Shown here one piece after another: positions 7,812-18,017 of a stretch of DNA of 64,000 bases. The stretch comes from a bacterium (GTDB lineage Bacteria; CAIWAD01), in the NCBI GenBank assembly GCA_030685015.1, contig JAUXWS010000059.1:87052-151051 (forward strand), written 5' to 3'. The notes beneath the pieces were generated by a model. It was given only the letters and a program-made list of their open reading frames with translations, did not search any database and was not told the DNA's origin. A program made the translations under genes and the position numbers. Position 1 is the first letter of the stretch. Each line of letters starts with the position of its first letter.

Positions 7812-10667
7812 ATGAACAAAGCGGCCTGGGGATTGCTTCCCTTCATCCTGATCCTGCTGCTGCCCCATGCCGGCGGCGCCATGTTCCACTTGATGACCGG
7901 CGCCAACCACGCGGAGCTGGCTTGGCGCAGCCTCAGCACCGAGCATTTCCGCATCCACTACCACCAGGGCCTGGAGCAGACGGCGCGGGATTGCGCCGAC
8001 ATCGCCGAGCAGGTCTATGGCCCCATCACCCGCCAACTGGGCGTGGAACCGCGTGGCCGGACGGAGCTGGCCATCACCGACGTCGACGCCGTGGTCAACG
8101 GCTTCGCCTTCCGTGACCGCATCGCCATCTGGGTGCACCAGAACGACTACATCAAGCACTTCTCCCAGCGGCGGGAGTGGCTGCACCAGGTCATCGCCCA
8201 CGAATTCCAGCACACGGTGGCCTTCGAGGCCCTGCGCGACTGGCGGGGCGCGGCGGGCCTCGGTCTCTCCGGCACGCCGGCCTGGTGGATGGAGGGACTG
8301 GCCGAGTACTACACCGAGCACTGGAACCTGCTGCGCTCGGACGAGGCGCTGCGCCGGGCCACCTTGGACAGGCGCCTCAAGGAGAGCGAAGCGCACGACG
8401 CCGGCTACGCCAAAGTGCTCTACCTGGCCTGGCGGGACGGGGACAGCACGCTGGTGAAGATCACGCGCTGGCGGCATCCCCGGTTGCGCACCCACTCTTT
8501 CCGGCGGGCCTTCAAGGAGGTCACCGGCCAGTCGCTCAGCGCCTTCGAGGAGGAGTGGTCGCGCCTGGTCTTCGCCCTCTACCACACGGAGCTGGCCCTG
8601 GGCGAGGCCCTGGACGAAATCGGCCGGCGGGTGGAGACGCCCCTGGCCCGCGTGGACTGGATGGCCCTCCTGCCCGACTCCAGCGCCTGGGTCGCGGTGG
8701 GACGGGACAGCCTCTCCCGCCGGGATCGGGCTCTCTACCGGATCTCCTGCGACTCCATGGGCCGGGCGGAAAGGCTGGCCCAGGGCCGCTTGCTGGACCG
8801 GGCGGCCCTGTCACCGGACGGAGGGCGGGTCGTGTTCGCCCGCAGCCTGCAAAACCGGCACGGTTCCTGGATCCCCGACCTCTGGGCACTGGATCTGGCC
8901 ACGGGCCGCGAGGAGCGGCTGACGAGCGGCGCGCGGGCGCAGGACCCGGCCCTGGCCACCGACGGCGCCCTGGCCTGGCTGGCCACTTCAGGGGACCGCC
9001 ATCGCCTCATGCTGGAGGAGGATGGCGAGACGCGGGTCCTGTGGGATCCCGGACCGGGCTGGGAGATGATGCGGCCGGATTTCTCCCCCGACGGCCGCCG
9101 GTTGGCCCTGGCCACCGACGATCCGGAGTCGTGCCGACGCATCACGCTGCTGGACCGGGCCAGGGGCGGGGCCACCCACCTGGAACCGCATTTCGAGGAC
9201 GAACGCGATCCCGTCTGGATCTCCGACAGCCTGCTGGCGATCACGGTCTTCGCGGACTTCCGGGCCAACCTCGCAGTCCGGGATCTGCACGGCGGCCTGC
9301 GGCGCGTCAGTGACAGCGGAGAGGGCCTGCGCAGCCTGGGCGCCGTGGGGCACGCGGACCAGGTTTGCTTGCTGACCCTCGCCCTGGATTCGGCCCGCGT
9401 CAGCCGCCCCCTGCTGGTGGATCCGGCCCGGCAGGCGGTGCCGGCGGAGCTGCCGCTGCACGCGCGGTACACGTCCTGGCGCCACCAGATGCCGGAGATC
9501 CGCGTCCCCGACTGGCGGCGCGGGGAGCGGACGGTGATCCTGGCCGATCGGCGCTACAACCCATGGGCGCTGAAGCCCCTGGCCGCGCTACTGCTGCCCC
9601 TGCCGGGCGGCGGCATGGGTGTGGCGGCCCTGGCCGACCCCCTGATGAAGAACATGGTGACCGTGACGGGCGGCGTGCTGGGCGATGACCTGCCCGTGGC
9701 CCAGGTGGGCTGGGAGAACCGGCAGCTGGACTGGACCCTGGGCCTGGCGGCGGGATGGAACACGGGATACGGTCTCGTCCTGGTCGACGACCGGGTGGTG
9801 GAGGTGAACAGCTCCCACCTCTCGACCTGGCTGGGGCGCCGTTGGCCCTTCTTCGCCAAACCCTATGAGCAGGTGGCGCTCAGCATCGGCCTGCGGCTGG
9901 AGGACGGATGGCGCACGGGCGACACCGGCGACACGCTGAGTTCACCCTTCCTGCCGGTGGACGGCCGTCGCGGCCAAGTCTCCCTCACCGCGGCGTGGAG
10001 CGGCCGCCCGCTGGAGGCCGACGCGGTCTGGTGGCCCAGCTGGAGCCATGGCCTCCAGCTTCACGGCGCCCTGGCCCGGCCCTGGATCCTGGGCGACGAG
10101 CAGCTGGACTACTGGCGGGCCGGCCTCTACCGCATCCAGCCATTGTTCCACCCCGCGGCGCGCCTGGTCGCCTCCGCCCGCCTCGACGCCTTCACCGGCA
10201 AGCGCCACACTTGGCGCGCCCTGGGCTTCTCGCCCGACCCCTTGCTGAACGCCTTGGACCTGGGCGATGCGACGGCCGGGGTGGCGGGATTGCCCAGCGG
10301 GCCGGTCTCCCACCTGCGGGCCCTGCCGCGCACCGTGGCCGGCGACCGGGTATTCCAGGCCAGCCTGGAGCTGCGCCTCAGTCCGGGGGCGCCCCCCCTC
10401 TTCCAAGTGTTGGACCTGGCCAACGGGCGCCTGACGCTGGCGCCCTTCGCCGACGTCGGCCATGTGGCGGACCGCGCCCGCCTGGAACCCGGCCAGCCCG
10501 CCCTCTGGCTGTGGACGAGCGGCCTGGAGCTGCAGCTGGGGTTGGTCGTGAAGAAGCTCACCATCGCCAGTCTCGGCCTGGGCGTGGGCGGAGAGGACCT
10601 GGACTGGCTGCGCGCCTCCCGTCATCGTCAGAGCTATTGGCGCATCCTGCTCAGCCGGCCGATCTGA
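7812..10667 (+). CDS. Exported protein with gluzincin-like (HExxH) N-domain, TolB/PD40 beta-propeller and probable C-terminal beta-barrel
   Basis: Signal peptide after ATG 7812; HEFQH...WWMEGLAEY; repeated SPDG motifs; amphipathic beta-strand-rich C-terminal half. The upstream part of ORF 6597-10667 is a shadow of the pfkB gene. Confidence 0.7.
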   Translation: MNKAAWGLLPFILILLLPHAGGAMFHLMTGANHAELAWRSLSTEHFRIHYHQGLEQTARDCADIAEQVYGPITRQLGVEPRGRTELAITDVDAVVNGFAFRDRIAIWVHQNDYIKHFSQRREWLHQVIAHEFQHTVAFEALRDWRGAAGLGLSGTPAWWMEGLAEYYTEHWNLLRSDEALRRATLDRRLKESEAHDAGYAKVLYLAWRDGDSTLVKITRWRHPRLRTHSFRRAFKEVTGQSLSAFEEEWSRLVFALYHTELALGEALDEIGRRVETPLARVDWMALLPDSSAWVAVGRDSLSRRDRALYRISCDSMGRAERLAQGRLLDRAALSPDGGRVVFARSLQNRHGSWIPDLWALDLATGREERLTSGARAQDPALATDGALAWLATSGDRHRLMLEEDGETRVLWDPGPGWEMMRPDFSPDGRRLALATDDPESCRRITLLDRARGGATHLEPHFEDERDPVWISDSLLAITVFADFRANLAVRDLHGGLRRVSDSGEGLRSLGAVGHADQVCLLTLALDSARVSRPLLVDPARQAVPAELPLHARYTSWRHQMPEIRVPDWRRGERTVILADRRYNPWALKPLAALLLPLPGGGMGVAALADPLMKNMVTVTGGVLGDDLPVAQVGWENRQLDWTLGLAAGWNTGYGLVLVDDRVVEVNSSHLSTWLGRRWPFFAKPYEQVALSIGLRLEDGWRTGDTGDTLSSPFLPVDGRRGQVSLTAAWSGRPLEADAVWWPSWSHGLQLHGALARPWILGDEQLDYWRAGLYRIQPLFHPAARLVASARLDAFTGKRHTWRALGFSPDPLLNALDLGDATAGVAGLPSGPVSHLRALPRTVAGDRVFQASLELRLSPGAPPLFQVLDLANGRLTLAPFADVGHVADRARLEPGQPALWLWTSGLELQLGLVVKKLTIASLGLGVGGEDLDWLRASRHRQSYWRILLSRPI

Positions 10668-10673
10668 TGACGG

Positions 10674-13106
10674 TCAGCCCGTGGCGCCGGTGCCATGGAA
10701 GCCCTCCAGGTTGTCCAGCAGCTCGCCGGGCAATTCCAGCTGCAAGGGGCGGGCGTCGTAGAACTCCTCGATGACGGCCAGGTTGTCCGCCTGGCTGAAG
10801 CGGTCGCAGAAGAGGACGATGCTGCCGCGGTCGTCGGGCCGGCGGATGACCCGGCCGGCCGCCTGCAGCACCCGGCAGAGGCCGGGCAGGCGGTAGGCCT
10901 GGTCGAAGCCCGACTCCCCGCGGGATTCGTACCAGAGGCGGGCCAACTCCCGCTCGTGGGAAAGCTGGGGCAGGCCGGGGCTGATCACCAAGGCGGCCTC
11001 CAGCATGCGGCCGGGATAATCGACAGCCTCGGCGAAAATGCCGCCCATCACGGTCAAGAGCAGGTGTGGACTCCGCCGCTCCAGTTTGCGCAACAGGGCC
11101 AGGCGGGCGGTCTGCTCCAGCTCGCCGTCATGGACAAGCAGGGGCAGGCCGGGGGGAAGCTGCTGGCGCAGGGATCGCAGGTAGGCGAAGGAGGGGAGGA
11201 AGACGGCCGTGTTGCCGCCCACGCGGCGGAAACAATCCGCCACGAGGCGGCCCAGCAGCGGCAGGCCGCGGCGGCGATCGCGCCAACGGCTGGACATGCC
11301 CTCGAAGATGACCAGGTTGCGATGCCCGGGAGGGAAGGGGGAGGGCGCGGCCATCGTTTCCAGCCGGCTCTCGCCGCGCAGGCCCAGCTCGCCCAGGTGC
11401 CAGTCCCACGGGCGCAAGGTGGCGGAGAAGAGCACGGCGGCGGGAAAGCGCGCCACCTGCTCCTGGATCCAGTCCCCGGCCCATGAGCAGCGGATCTCGA
11501 GCACCAGTCCGGGCGGTCCTTCCGGGCATGGCCTGACCAGGACGAGGGAGCGCCGCGAATCCTTCTCCTCCCGCGCCAGGGTGACGAAGCGATCCAGCCC
11601 GCGGTAGAACTCCACCGCCGGATCCTTCTCCACCACCAGGCCCATCAACACTCGGGTGAGGAGCAGGTCCACCAGATGGCGCTCATAGAGGGCCAGCACG
11701 GCCTCCAGCTCCTCATGGTCGAACCGGGCCGACAAGGCCCGGACGCCGTCATCGTAGGCGAACTCGAAGTCGCCATCCACCATCTCCTCGACCCGTCCGA
11801 AGAAGTCTTCCAGACGCTGCGCGGCCTTTGCCAGTCCCCTCAGCGGGCGCTGGAGGGGACCGCCCTGGAAAAGGTCGCCCCCCGCCAGCTCGACCTGCAG
11901 GTGGCGGGACAGCGCGGCCACGGCATCGCGGGAAAGTTCGCCGCTGAACCAGGAGCGGCCGCGGGGGGCCAGGTTGTGGGCCTCGTCGATGACGAGCACG
12001 AAATCCTGGGGATCGCCCTCCACAAAGAGACGGCGGATGCGCACCTGGGGGTCGAAGACATAGTTGTAGTCGCCCACCACCAGGTCGCGCGTCTCGGTCA
12101 GGGCCAGGGCGATCTCGTGCGGGCAGACACGGTGGCGCAGGCCGGCCGCCACCAGCTCCTCCCGATCCACCAGCGGCACCTCCGCCAGTTCGCGCAGGGC
12201 CTCCTCCAGGCGCGGCGCCATGCCCTTGAGCAGGGGACAATGCTCCTCGTGGCAGAAGTAGACCTCGGCCGGGCACATGCCCTCGCGACTGGACATGGCC
12301 ACGGCCGTGACACAGGTCTGCCCCCGGTTGAGCGCCCGCGCCACCTGGAGGGCAGCCTCGCGGCCCGTGTTCTTCGCCGTGCAGAAGAAGACGCGGCGGC
12401 CCGCCGCCATGGCCGTGCGCAAGGCCGGCAGCAGGACGGAGACGGACTTGCCCAGTCCCGTGGGGGCGTTCAGCAGCAGGAGGCGGCTCCGGACCAGGGC
12501 GTTCTCCACGTCCTGCATGAGGGCGCGCTGGCCGGGCCGGGGAGCGGGAAAGGGGAAGTCCAGCCGCCGGGAGCGCGCCCGGCGTTGTTGGCTTGCCCCG
12601 TCCTGCGCCTCCTCGCGGGCCAGGGCGAGGGCGACCTGGGTCTCCAGCACGGCCAGCAGTTGGGCGGCGGGGCGCTCCAGCTCCAGCACGCGCTCGGACC
12701 CGTCCCCCAGGTTGACCAGCCGCAGGCGGGCCTGCACGGTGGCGGCGGGCTTCAGCATCCAGGCGTAGAAGAGGGCCTGCAGGGCGTGGCCGGGGAAGTC
12801 CTCGGCCCGGAAGCGCCTCATGCGTTCGGCCGAGGCGAGCACGGTCTTCACCTCCTCCACCACGCCCTCGGCGTCCACCAGGTCGGCGCGGCCCTGGAGC
12901 TCGACCTCCTGGTCCAGCAAACGGCCCCGCCAGGAGAGGGGAAGCTCGACGCGGGCGCCCTCGGCCATGGCGCGCGTCTGGTGCTGCATGTGCAGGCGCT
13001 GCCCCTGGCGGGCGCGGCCGGGAATCCAGCCACCGCCGTCGTTGCGGCCGCCCTCGGCCAGTTCGCAAAGGGCCTGGACGGAGAAGTGGCGCACGGGCTC
13101 AGGCAT
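10674..13106 (-). CDS. DinG/XPD (Rad3-like) Fe-S ATP-dependent DNA helicase with N-terminal PD-(D/E)xK-like domain
   Basis: APTGLGKS, CP..C..C..CP Fe-S cysteines, DYNYVFDP, IDEAHNL, SATL, QAAGRVIR; N-terminal GRADLV..EEVKT. Confidence 0.9.
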   Translation of the reverse strand: MPEPVRHFSVQALCELAEGGRNDGGGWIPGRARQGQRLHMQHQTRAMAEGARVELPLSWRGRLLDQEVELQGRADLVDAEGVVEEVKTVLASAERMRRFRAEDFPGHALQALFYAWMLKPAATVQARLRLVNLGDGSERVLELERPAAQLLAVLETQVALALAREEAQDGASQQRRARSRRLDFPFPAPRPGQRALMQDVENALVRSRLLLLNAPTGLGKSVSVLLPALRTAMAAGRRVFFCTAKNTGREAALQVARALNRGQTCVTAVAMSSREGMCPAEVYFCHEEHCPLLKGMAPRLEEALRELAEVPLVDREELVAAGLRHRVCPHEIALALTETRDLVVGDYNYVFDPQVRIRRLFVEGDPQDFVLVIDEAHNLAPRGRSWFSGELSRDAVAALSRHLQVELAGGDLFQGGPLQRPLRGLAKAAQRLEDFFGRVEEMVDGDFEFAYDDGVRALSARFDHEELEAVLALYERHLVDLLLTRVLMGLVVEKDPAVEFYRGLDRFVTLAREEKDSRRSLVLVRPCPEGPPGLVLEIRCSWAGDWIQEQVARFPAAVLFSATLRPWDWHLGELGLRGESRLETMAAPSPFPPGHRNLVIFEGMSSRWRDRRRGLPLLGRLVADCFRRVGGNTAVFLPSFAYLRSLRQQLPPGLPLLVHDGELEQTARLALLRKLERRSPHLLLTVMGGIFAEAVDYPGRMLEAALVISPGLPQLSHERELARLWYESRGESGFDQAYRLPGLCRVLQAAGRVIRRPDDRGSIVLFCDRFSQADNLAVIEEFYDARPLQLELPGELLDNLEGFHGTGATG

Positions 13107-13202
13107 GGCGGCGGCTCATGGCGAGGCGGCGGGCGCGGAGGAACCGGCCTCGCCGGGTTGATCGGGGAAGGGCTGGGCTGGCGTTCGCCGCATGGTCGGG
13201 GC

Positions 13203-14471
13203 TCAGGTTTTCTGCTTCTTCTTCTTGGCCGCGGGGAAGAGCACGTTGTTGAGGATGAGACGGTAGCCGGGCGAGTTGCGGTGCAGGCTGAGCTGGGTCT
13301 CGGGGTCGCCCACCATGTGCCGGTAGTCCTCCGGGTCGTGGCCGCCATAGAAGGTGAAGGTGCCCTTGCCCACGTTGCCGTGGATGTAGCGGGTCTCGTT
13401 GCTGCCTTCGATCTCGCCCATCACCAGCACGTGCGGCTTGAGACGGTCGCGGCGGAAGGCGGTGGTCTGGCCCATGAAGCCGCGCACCCAGGAGACGTGG
13501 TTCTGGGTGAGCATGGTGGGCACTGGATCCCATTTGGCGCTGAACTCGAAGAGGCTGAACCAGTCCTGCTCCTCGGGGATGTTTCGACCGGTGACCGGTC
13601 CCAGGTCGATGTCGGAGAATTCGTAGACCATGGGGTCGGTGATGATCTGGAAGTCGGTGAAGGCCACGCACTGGCTGTAGTCGATCTTGCCGGCCCAGCC
13701 CGGATCGATCCCGTCACCATCGAACACCGCGTCGCAGATGTCCGTGTCCATGGCGGAGAGGGCGACGTCGTAGGAGTCGGTGGCGCTGCACATGGCGAAC
13801 ATGAAGCCGCCCTGCTCCATGAAGTCGCGGATGGCCAGGGCCACGGCCAGTTTCGCCCGCGAGACCTTGGCGAAGCCGAGCCGGCGGGCCAGGGCCTCGG
13901 CCTCGGCCTGCTGCCTGATGTACCACGCCGCGCTGTGGTACTGCGCGTAGAACTTGCCGTACTGGCCGGTGAAGTCCTCGTGGTGGAGGTGGAGCCAATC
14001 GTAGTCGGGCAGCTTGCCGGTCAGCACCTCCTCGTCCCAGATGCGATCGAACTCGATCTCAGCGTACTCGAGGGCCATGGTCACGGCGTCATCCCACGGC
14101 TGGCTGTCGGGCGGGGCGTAGATGGCCACCTTGGGCGCCTTCTCGAGCAGGATGCGATCCATGTTCTCCTGCTCGATGGTGGCATGGATCGCCGCCGCCG
14201 CGGCGCCGCCCACCGACTCCCAGCTCACGCCGGTCAGGCGCAGGCGCTCCTCGAGGGCGGGGAACTCATCCATCATGAAGCTGCCGCCGCGATAGTTGAG
14301 CAGCCATTCCACGTCCACGCCCTGGCTCAGCGTCCACCATGCCACGCCGTAGGCCTTCAGGTGGTCGCGCTGGGCCGGATCCATCGGGACGAGGATCTTG
14401 CCTTCAAGGGCCGGCGCCCCCGCCAGGGCAAGGGCCGCCAGGGCGGTGGCGATGCGGGTGGTGGGTCTCAT
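13203..14471 (-). CDS. Conserved exported protein of the FCB family often labelled 'asparagine synthetase B' (function unknown)
   Basis: Signal peptide; HLKAYG, WLLNYRGGSF, YDWLHLHHEDFTGQYGKF, FAMCSATD, GGHDPED, GYRLILNNVLFPAAKKK family motifs. Confidence 0.8.
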   Translation of the reverse strand: MRPTTRIATALAALALAGAPALEGKILVPMDPAQRDHLKAYGVAWWTLSQGVDVEWLLNYRGGSFMMDEFPALEERLRLTGVSWESVGGAAAAAIHATIEQENMDRILLEKAPKVAIYAPPDSQPWDDAVTMALEYAEIEFDRIWDEEVLTGKLPDYDWLHLHHEDFTGQYGKFYAQYHSAAWYIRQQAEAEALARRLGFAKVSRAKLAVALAIRDFMEQGGFMFAMCSATDSYDVALSAMDTDICDAVFDGDGIDPGWAGKIDYSQCVAFTDFQIITDPMVYEFSDIDLGPVTGRNIPEEQDWFSLFEFSAKWDPVPTMLTQNHVSWVRGFMGQTTAFRRDRLKPHVLVMGEIEGSNETRYIHGNVGKGTFTFYGGHDPEDYRHMVGDPETQLSLHRNSPGYRLILNNVLFPAAKKKKQKT

Positions 14472-14506
14472 GCCGCTTGTGCCTTCGTTTCCTTCAACAG
14501 CCAGGA

Positions 14507-16405
14507 TCAACGCGGTCGGCCGTCGCCGACGGGCTCAGCTGGACTGACCGCGGCGCCTTCGCCCGGACTTCCGCCCTCCCAGCCGCGCAGGCGACGCCGC
14601 ACGGCGTCCTGCAGCAGGCTCTGGGGCCAGGTCCGCAACAAGTCCAGGGCCTGGGCGCGCAGGCTGTCCACGGGCTGGCCCTCCCCTTCCATCGCCTCCA
14701 GTTCCATCCAGGCCAGTCGGTCCAGGCGGACCGACTCCGGTTGCCGTAGCCGGTAGCGCGCGTACTCGGCCCGGGCCTCGGTCGGCGGCATTTCCCTGGT
14801 GGCCAGCAGGCAGGCCCGCCAGTCCAGCCACTCAGCCAGGCGGCCGGTGGAGCTCTCCGCCGTGGCATGGAGCAGATCCAGGGCCTCCCGCCAGCGGCCC
14901 GCGTAGGCCAGGCGGTCCGCCCGGGCCGCTTCCACCACCTTCGCCGAATCCGTCGTGGCGAAGGCCATCAGGTCCATCAGCTCGATGGCGTCGTTGAAGA
15001 CTACCTGCCGGGTGCTCGTCTTGAGGAAGGCGCCCAGGCCTTCGCGGCAGGCGCTCAGGCGTCCGGCCCACCAGTCCAGGCTCAGGCCCAGCCAGTCAAG
15101 TTCCGACGCGCCCTCAGCGCCGGGACCTTGTTGCGCCCGCAGGCGGCGCAAGGCGTCGCGGGCCCGCTCGTGCTCACCCTGACAGCCCAGCAGCAGGACC
15201 AGTCGACGCCCCGCCTCGCGGTGGGAGGGCTGACGCGCGAGGACGCCCTCCAATTCCCGCGCCGCTTCCGGCAAGTGCCCCAAGGGGCGGTGGAGCAGGT
15301 CGGCCGCCCTCATGGCGGCGGGAAGACCCTTGGCCCCGCCCGTGCCAGCGGCCTGGCGGAAGAGGGCGAGCGCCTCCTCGGGCTTGTCCAGCGCGGCCAG
15401 GCATTCGGCCTTGAGCAACAGGAACTCGGGCTGCGTGGCGGGGTGCCGACCCCGGCGGGCCAGATCCTCGAGCAGAGCAAGGGCCGCCTTGTGGCTGCCG
15501 TCCCGCACCAGATCGCCCGCCAGGCGGAAGGGCGCCGCCCCCGTCCCGTCCGTGTCCAGCCGCCAGGCAAGCGGCACGGCCTTGCCGACCCAGCGGTGCT
15601 GGACCAGGATCCCCAGCACGGCTTCGCCCAGGGCGGGGCAGGTCTCCTTGCCGCCTTCCACCCGCTTCAACATGTGCTCGATCAGGACCCGGCGGTCCGT
15701 CGCGCCCTCGGCCAGGGCCAGCAGGCGCGGCTCCAGCACGCGTCCCGCCGCCTGCTGGCGGCAGCCCCAGAGGGCCAGCTCGTCGAAGGCTTCGCGGGGG
15801 TGGCCCGATTCCTCGTGCATCTGGGCCAGCTCCAGGGCCCACAGGTCCACGGAGGAGGCGCGCCGGCGCTGTTCGGTGGCCCAGGCATGGGCCTCATCAA
15901 TCAGACGAACCTGACGATAACTGTGAAACACGGCCAGGGCCAGGGGCTCGGAGCTTGCCTGCTCTTTCATCTGCTTCCACAGGTCGGCGGCCCGGGCCGG
16001 GCGGCCCAGGCGATAGTGGGCGCCGGCGAGAGCGCCGGCGATCTGGAAATCAGGGTAGCTGACCAAGCGCCCACCGGTCGGCAAGCGGGCGGCGAGTTCT
16101 TCCATGCTGCGTCGCGCCCCCTCCTCGTCGTTCAGCCGCACTTGGAGGTCCAGCATCTGCAGCAGGGGTCCCGCGTCGGAACGCCGCCCGGACAGACTCT
16201 CGAGGATCAGGAGCGCCTGCTGGAACTGCCCTTGCTGGATGAGGCGGTTGGCCCGGTCCTGCAACTCGTTCTGGCGCCTCGCATCGGGCTCAAGACCATC
16301 GGCCTGGCCGGAGACGCCCGCTGGTTGCGCCTGCAGTCCCACAACCGGCGCCATGGCGAGCAGCAACCCAAGTGACAGGATCGTGCAATATCTGACACCC
16401 TTCAT
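14507..16405 (-). CDS. Exported tetratricopeptide-repeat protein
   Basis: Signal-like N-terminus, alanine/leucine helical repeats (e.g. KAECLAALDKPEEALALF); start codon uncertain. Confidence 0.65.
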   Translation of the reverse strand: MKGVRYCTILSLGLLLAMAPVVGLQAQPAGVSGQADGLEPDARRQNELQDRANRLIQQGQFQQALLILESLSGRRSDAGPLLQMLDLQVRLNDEEGARRSMEELAARLPTGGRLVSYPDFQIAGALAGAHYRLGRPARAADLWKQMKEQASSEPLALAVFHSYRQVRLIDEAHAWATEQRRRASSVDLWALELAQMHEESGHPREAFDELALWGCRQQAAGRVLEPRLLALAEGATDRRVLIEHMLKRVEGGKETCPALGEAVLGILVQHRWVGKAVPLAWRLDTDGTGAAPFRLAGDLVRDGSHKAALALLEDLARRGRHPATQPEFLLLKAECLAALDKPEEALALFRQAAGTGGAKGLPAAMRAADLLHRPLGHLPEAARELEGVLARQPSHREAGRRLVLLLGCQGEHERARDALRRLRAQQGPGAEGASELDWLGLSLDWWAGRLSACREGLGAFLKTSTRQVVFNDAIELMDLMAFATTDSAKVVEAARADRLAYAGRWREALDLLHATAESSTGRLAEWLDWRACLLATREMPPTEARAEYARYRLRQPESVRLDRLAWMELEAMEGEGQPVDSLRAQALDLLRTWPQSLLQDAVRRRLRGWEGGSPGEGAAVSPAEPVGDGRPR

Positions 16406-16585
16406 GGGGAGCAAGGTAGGCAGCTTGGGCCGCAATTGAACAGGGTGGCGTGGCGGGGGAGGACACTGCTCACATCTTGAACAATCTTAACAAGTAGCCC
16501 GAATCTTCAATCAGGGCAAGCGATTGCGGGCTATGGCGATCTGGACTGATTGTGAAATGGTACGCGGTTTGCTGTCGGGGAGCTC

Positions 16586-16867
16586 ATGAAGAACGACGGC
16601 GTGGAAAAACAGGATCTCATCCGCTATCGAACCTACGCGGACGCGCTCATCCGCCTCAACAATGCGGCCAGCGTCTTGTTGCAGGAGGGAGCCGACCCGG
16701 AGGCGATCAAGCTGATCCTCTCCGGCGCCGCCAAGCTTTATGCGGAACTGGAGCGCCGCATGGTGCAAGCCTTCTCCGAGGAAGGGCCGCGCAACATCGA
16801 TCCGGACTTCCCGGATCCTGCGCGGGGAGGCTGGACCATGCCGCCCGTCTCACCGCCAGGACCCTGA
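16586..16867 (+). CDS. Hypothetical protein (93 aa)
   Basis: SD GGGGAG before ATG; natural composition; follows an AT-rich divergent intergenic region. Confidence 0.65.
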   Translation: MKNDGVEKQDLIRYRTYADALIRLNNAASVLLQEGADPEAIKLILSGAAKLYAELERRMVQAFSEEGPRNIDPDFPDPARGGWTMPPVSPPGP

Positions 16868-16910
16868 GCCAACCATCCCAACTGAACTTGCGCCGGGGCG
16901 CAGGCCTCCA

Positions 16911-17735
16911 TCAATCGCACCGCGGGCGGCGGTAGACTCCCGGGTGGACTTGGTGACCGTCCAGGACCGCGCCGCAAAGATCCACTCCCCCCGTAAGCAG
17001 CCACCCGCCGGGACGCAGAACCTCCGCGTAACGTCGCACCACGGCGCGACGCGTCTCCGGGTCGAGATAGCGCAGCGCGCCGGCGCAGAAGACGGCATCG
17101 AGGCCGTGCGTGACAATGGGCAGCCGCGCGGCCGAGCTGTGCCGGCGGAAGCGGACCAGGCCGCGCAACCGGTCGGCCACGCACCAGTTCTGTGAATCCG
17201 CCTCATCAAAGCAACGGGTGCGCAGGTCGCAGGGGAGGCGCCGCAGGCTGTCGTCGTCGTAAACGCCTTCCATGGCGGTGGTCAGGGCCTGCGCCGAACA
17301 ATCTGTCCCCAGGATCGAGACGCATTCCGCCGCGGCGGGGCCGAGGCGCTCATCCAATTCGCAGGCCAGCAGCCAGACATCCCCTCCCGTGCCGCAGCCC
17401 GGAACCCAAAAGCGCAGGACGCGCCCCTTCCTCCGCCCCTCTTCCCAGGTGGGCAGCAATTCGCGCCGGAGCAGGTCAAGGTGGATGCGCGCGGGCTGGA
17501 ACTCGCCGACGGTGGCGCCAAGGCGGTTGACCACCTCAAAGGCCAGCTTTCCGGTCCGGTCCTCTTCCACCAGATCCAGGAAGTCGTCAAAGGCGGGGTA
17601 GCCCCGGCTGTGGGCGAGGCGCAACAGTCCGCCCACTTCGTGGGGAGGTCGGCAATCCGTCAGTTGAAGCCGGAAGCGCTCACGGACCAGCCGATGCAAG
17701 CGGGTGGCGGCGGCGGGAGAATGTTCAGGAAGCAC
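16911..17735 (-). CDS. CheR-like SAM-dependent methyltransferase (degenerate motifs)
   Basis: WVPGCGTG, ILGTD..ALTTA..GVY, LRPGGWLLTG; GTG at 17735 with SD AGGAG. Confidence 0.75.
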   Translation of the reverse strand: MLPEHSPAAATRLHRLVRERFRLQLTDCRPPHEVGGLLRLAHSRGYPAFDDFLDLVEEDRTGKLAFEVVNRLGATVGEFQPARIHLDLLRRELLPTWEEGRRKGRVLRFWVPGCGTGGDVWLLACELDERLGPAAAECVSILGTDCSAQALTTAMEGVYDDDSLRRLPCDLRTRCFDEADSQNWCVADRLRGLVRFRRHSSAARLPIVTHGLDAVFCAGALRYLDPETRRAVVRRYAEVLRPGGWLLTGGVDLCGAVLDGHQVHPGVYRRPRCD

Positions 17736-18001
17736 GGGCGTCTCCTGGCTGCTGTAGGGAGGCGGGATCCTGTCCTCCGGGGGAGGGTCGCGATGGTCCC
17801 GCACGGATGGCCCCAACGACCACGCATCCCTTATCGGCCATCATGTCGTCTCCATTCACCAAGCTGGCGCCGGGAGGGGCTCCATGCCAATCATCGGGAT
17901 GGCAGGGCCAGCCACACGGCCGATCATGACTTCTGGCATTGTGTTCATTAACCCAGAAGCCGGGTTCTGCCGCGCGGGTGCCACAAAGCTGTCACACGAG
18001 C

Positions 18002-18017
18002 TGGCACCGCCTTTGCT
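18002..18017 (+). promoter_or_regulatory. Sigma54 (-24/-12) promoter upstream of the C25 peptidase gene
   Basis: TGGCAC-CGCCT-TTGCT, an exact match to TGGCAC-N5-TTGCW, in an intergenic region. Confidence 0.7.

Noticed and set aside
17967..17983. Minus-strand TGGCAC-N5-CGGC as a sigma54 promoter for the CheR-like gene
   Set aside because: The -12 element lacks TT, which is too weak in GC-rich DNA to call.
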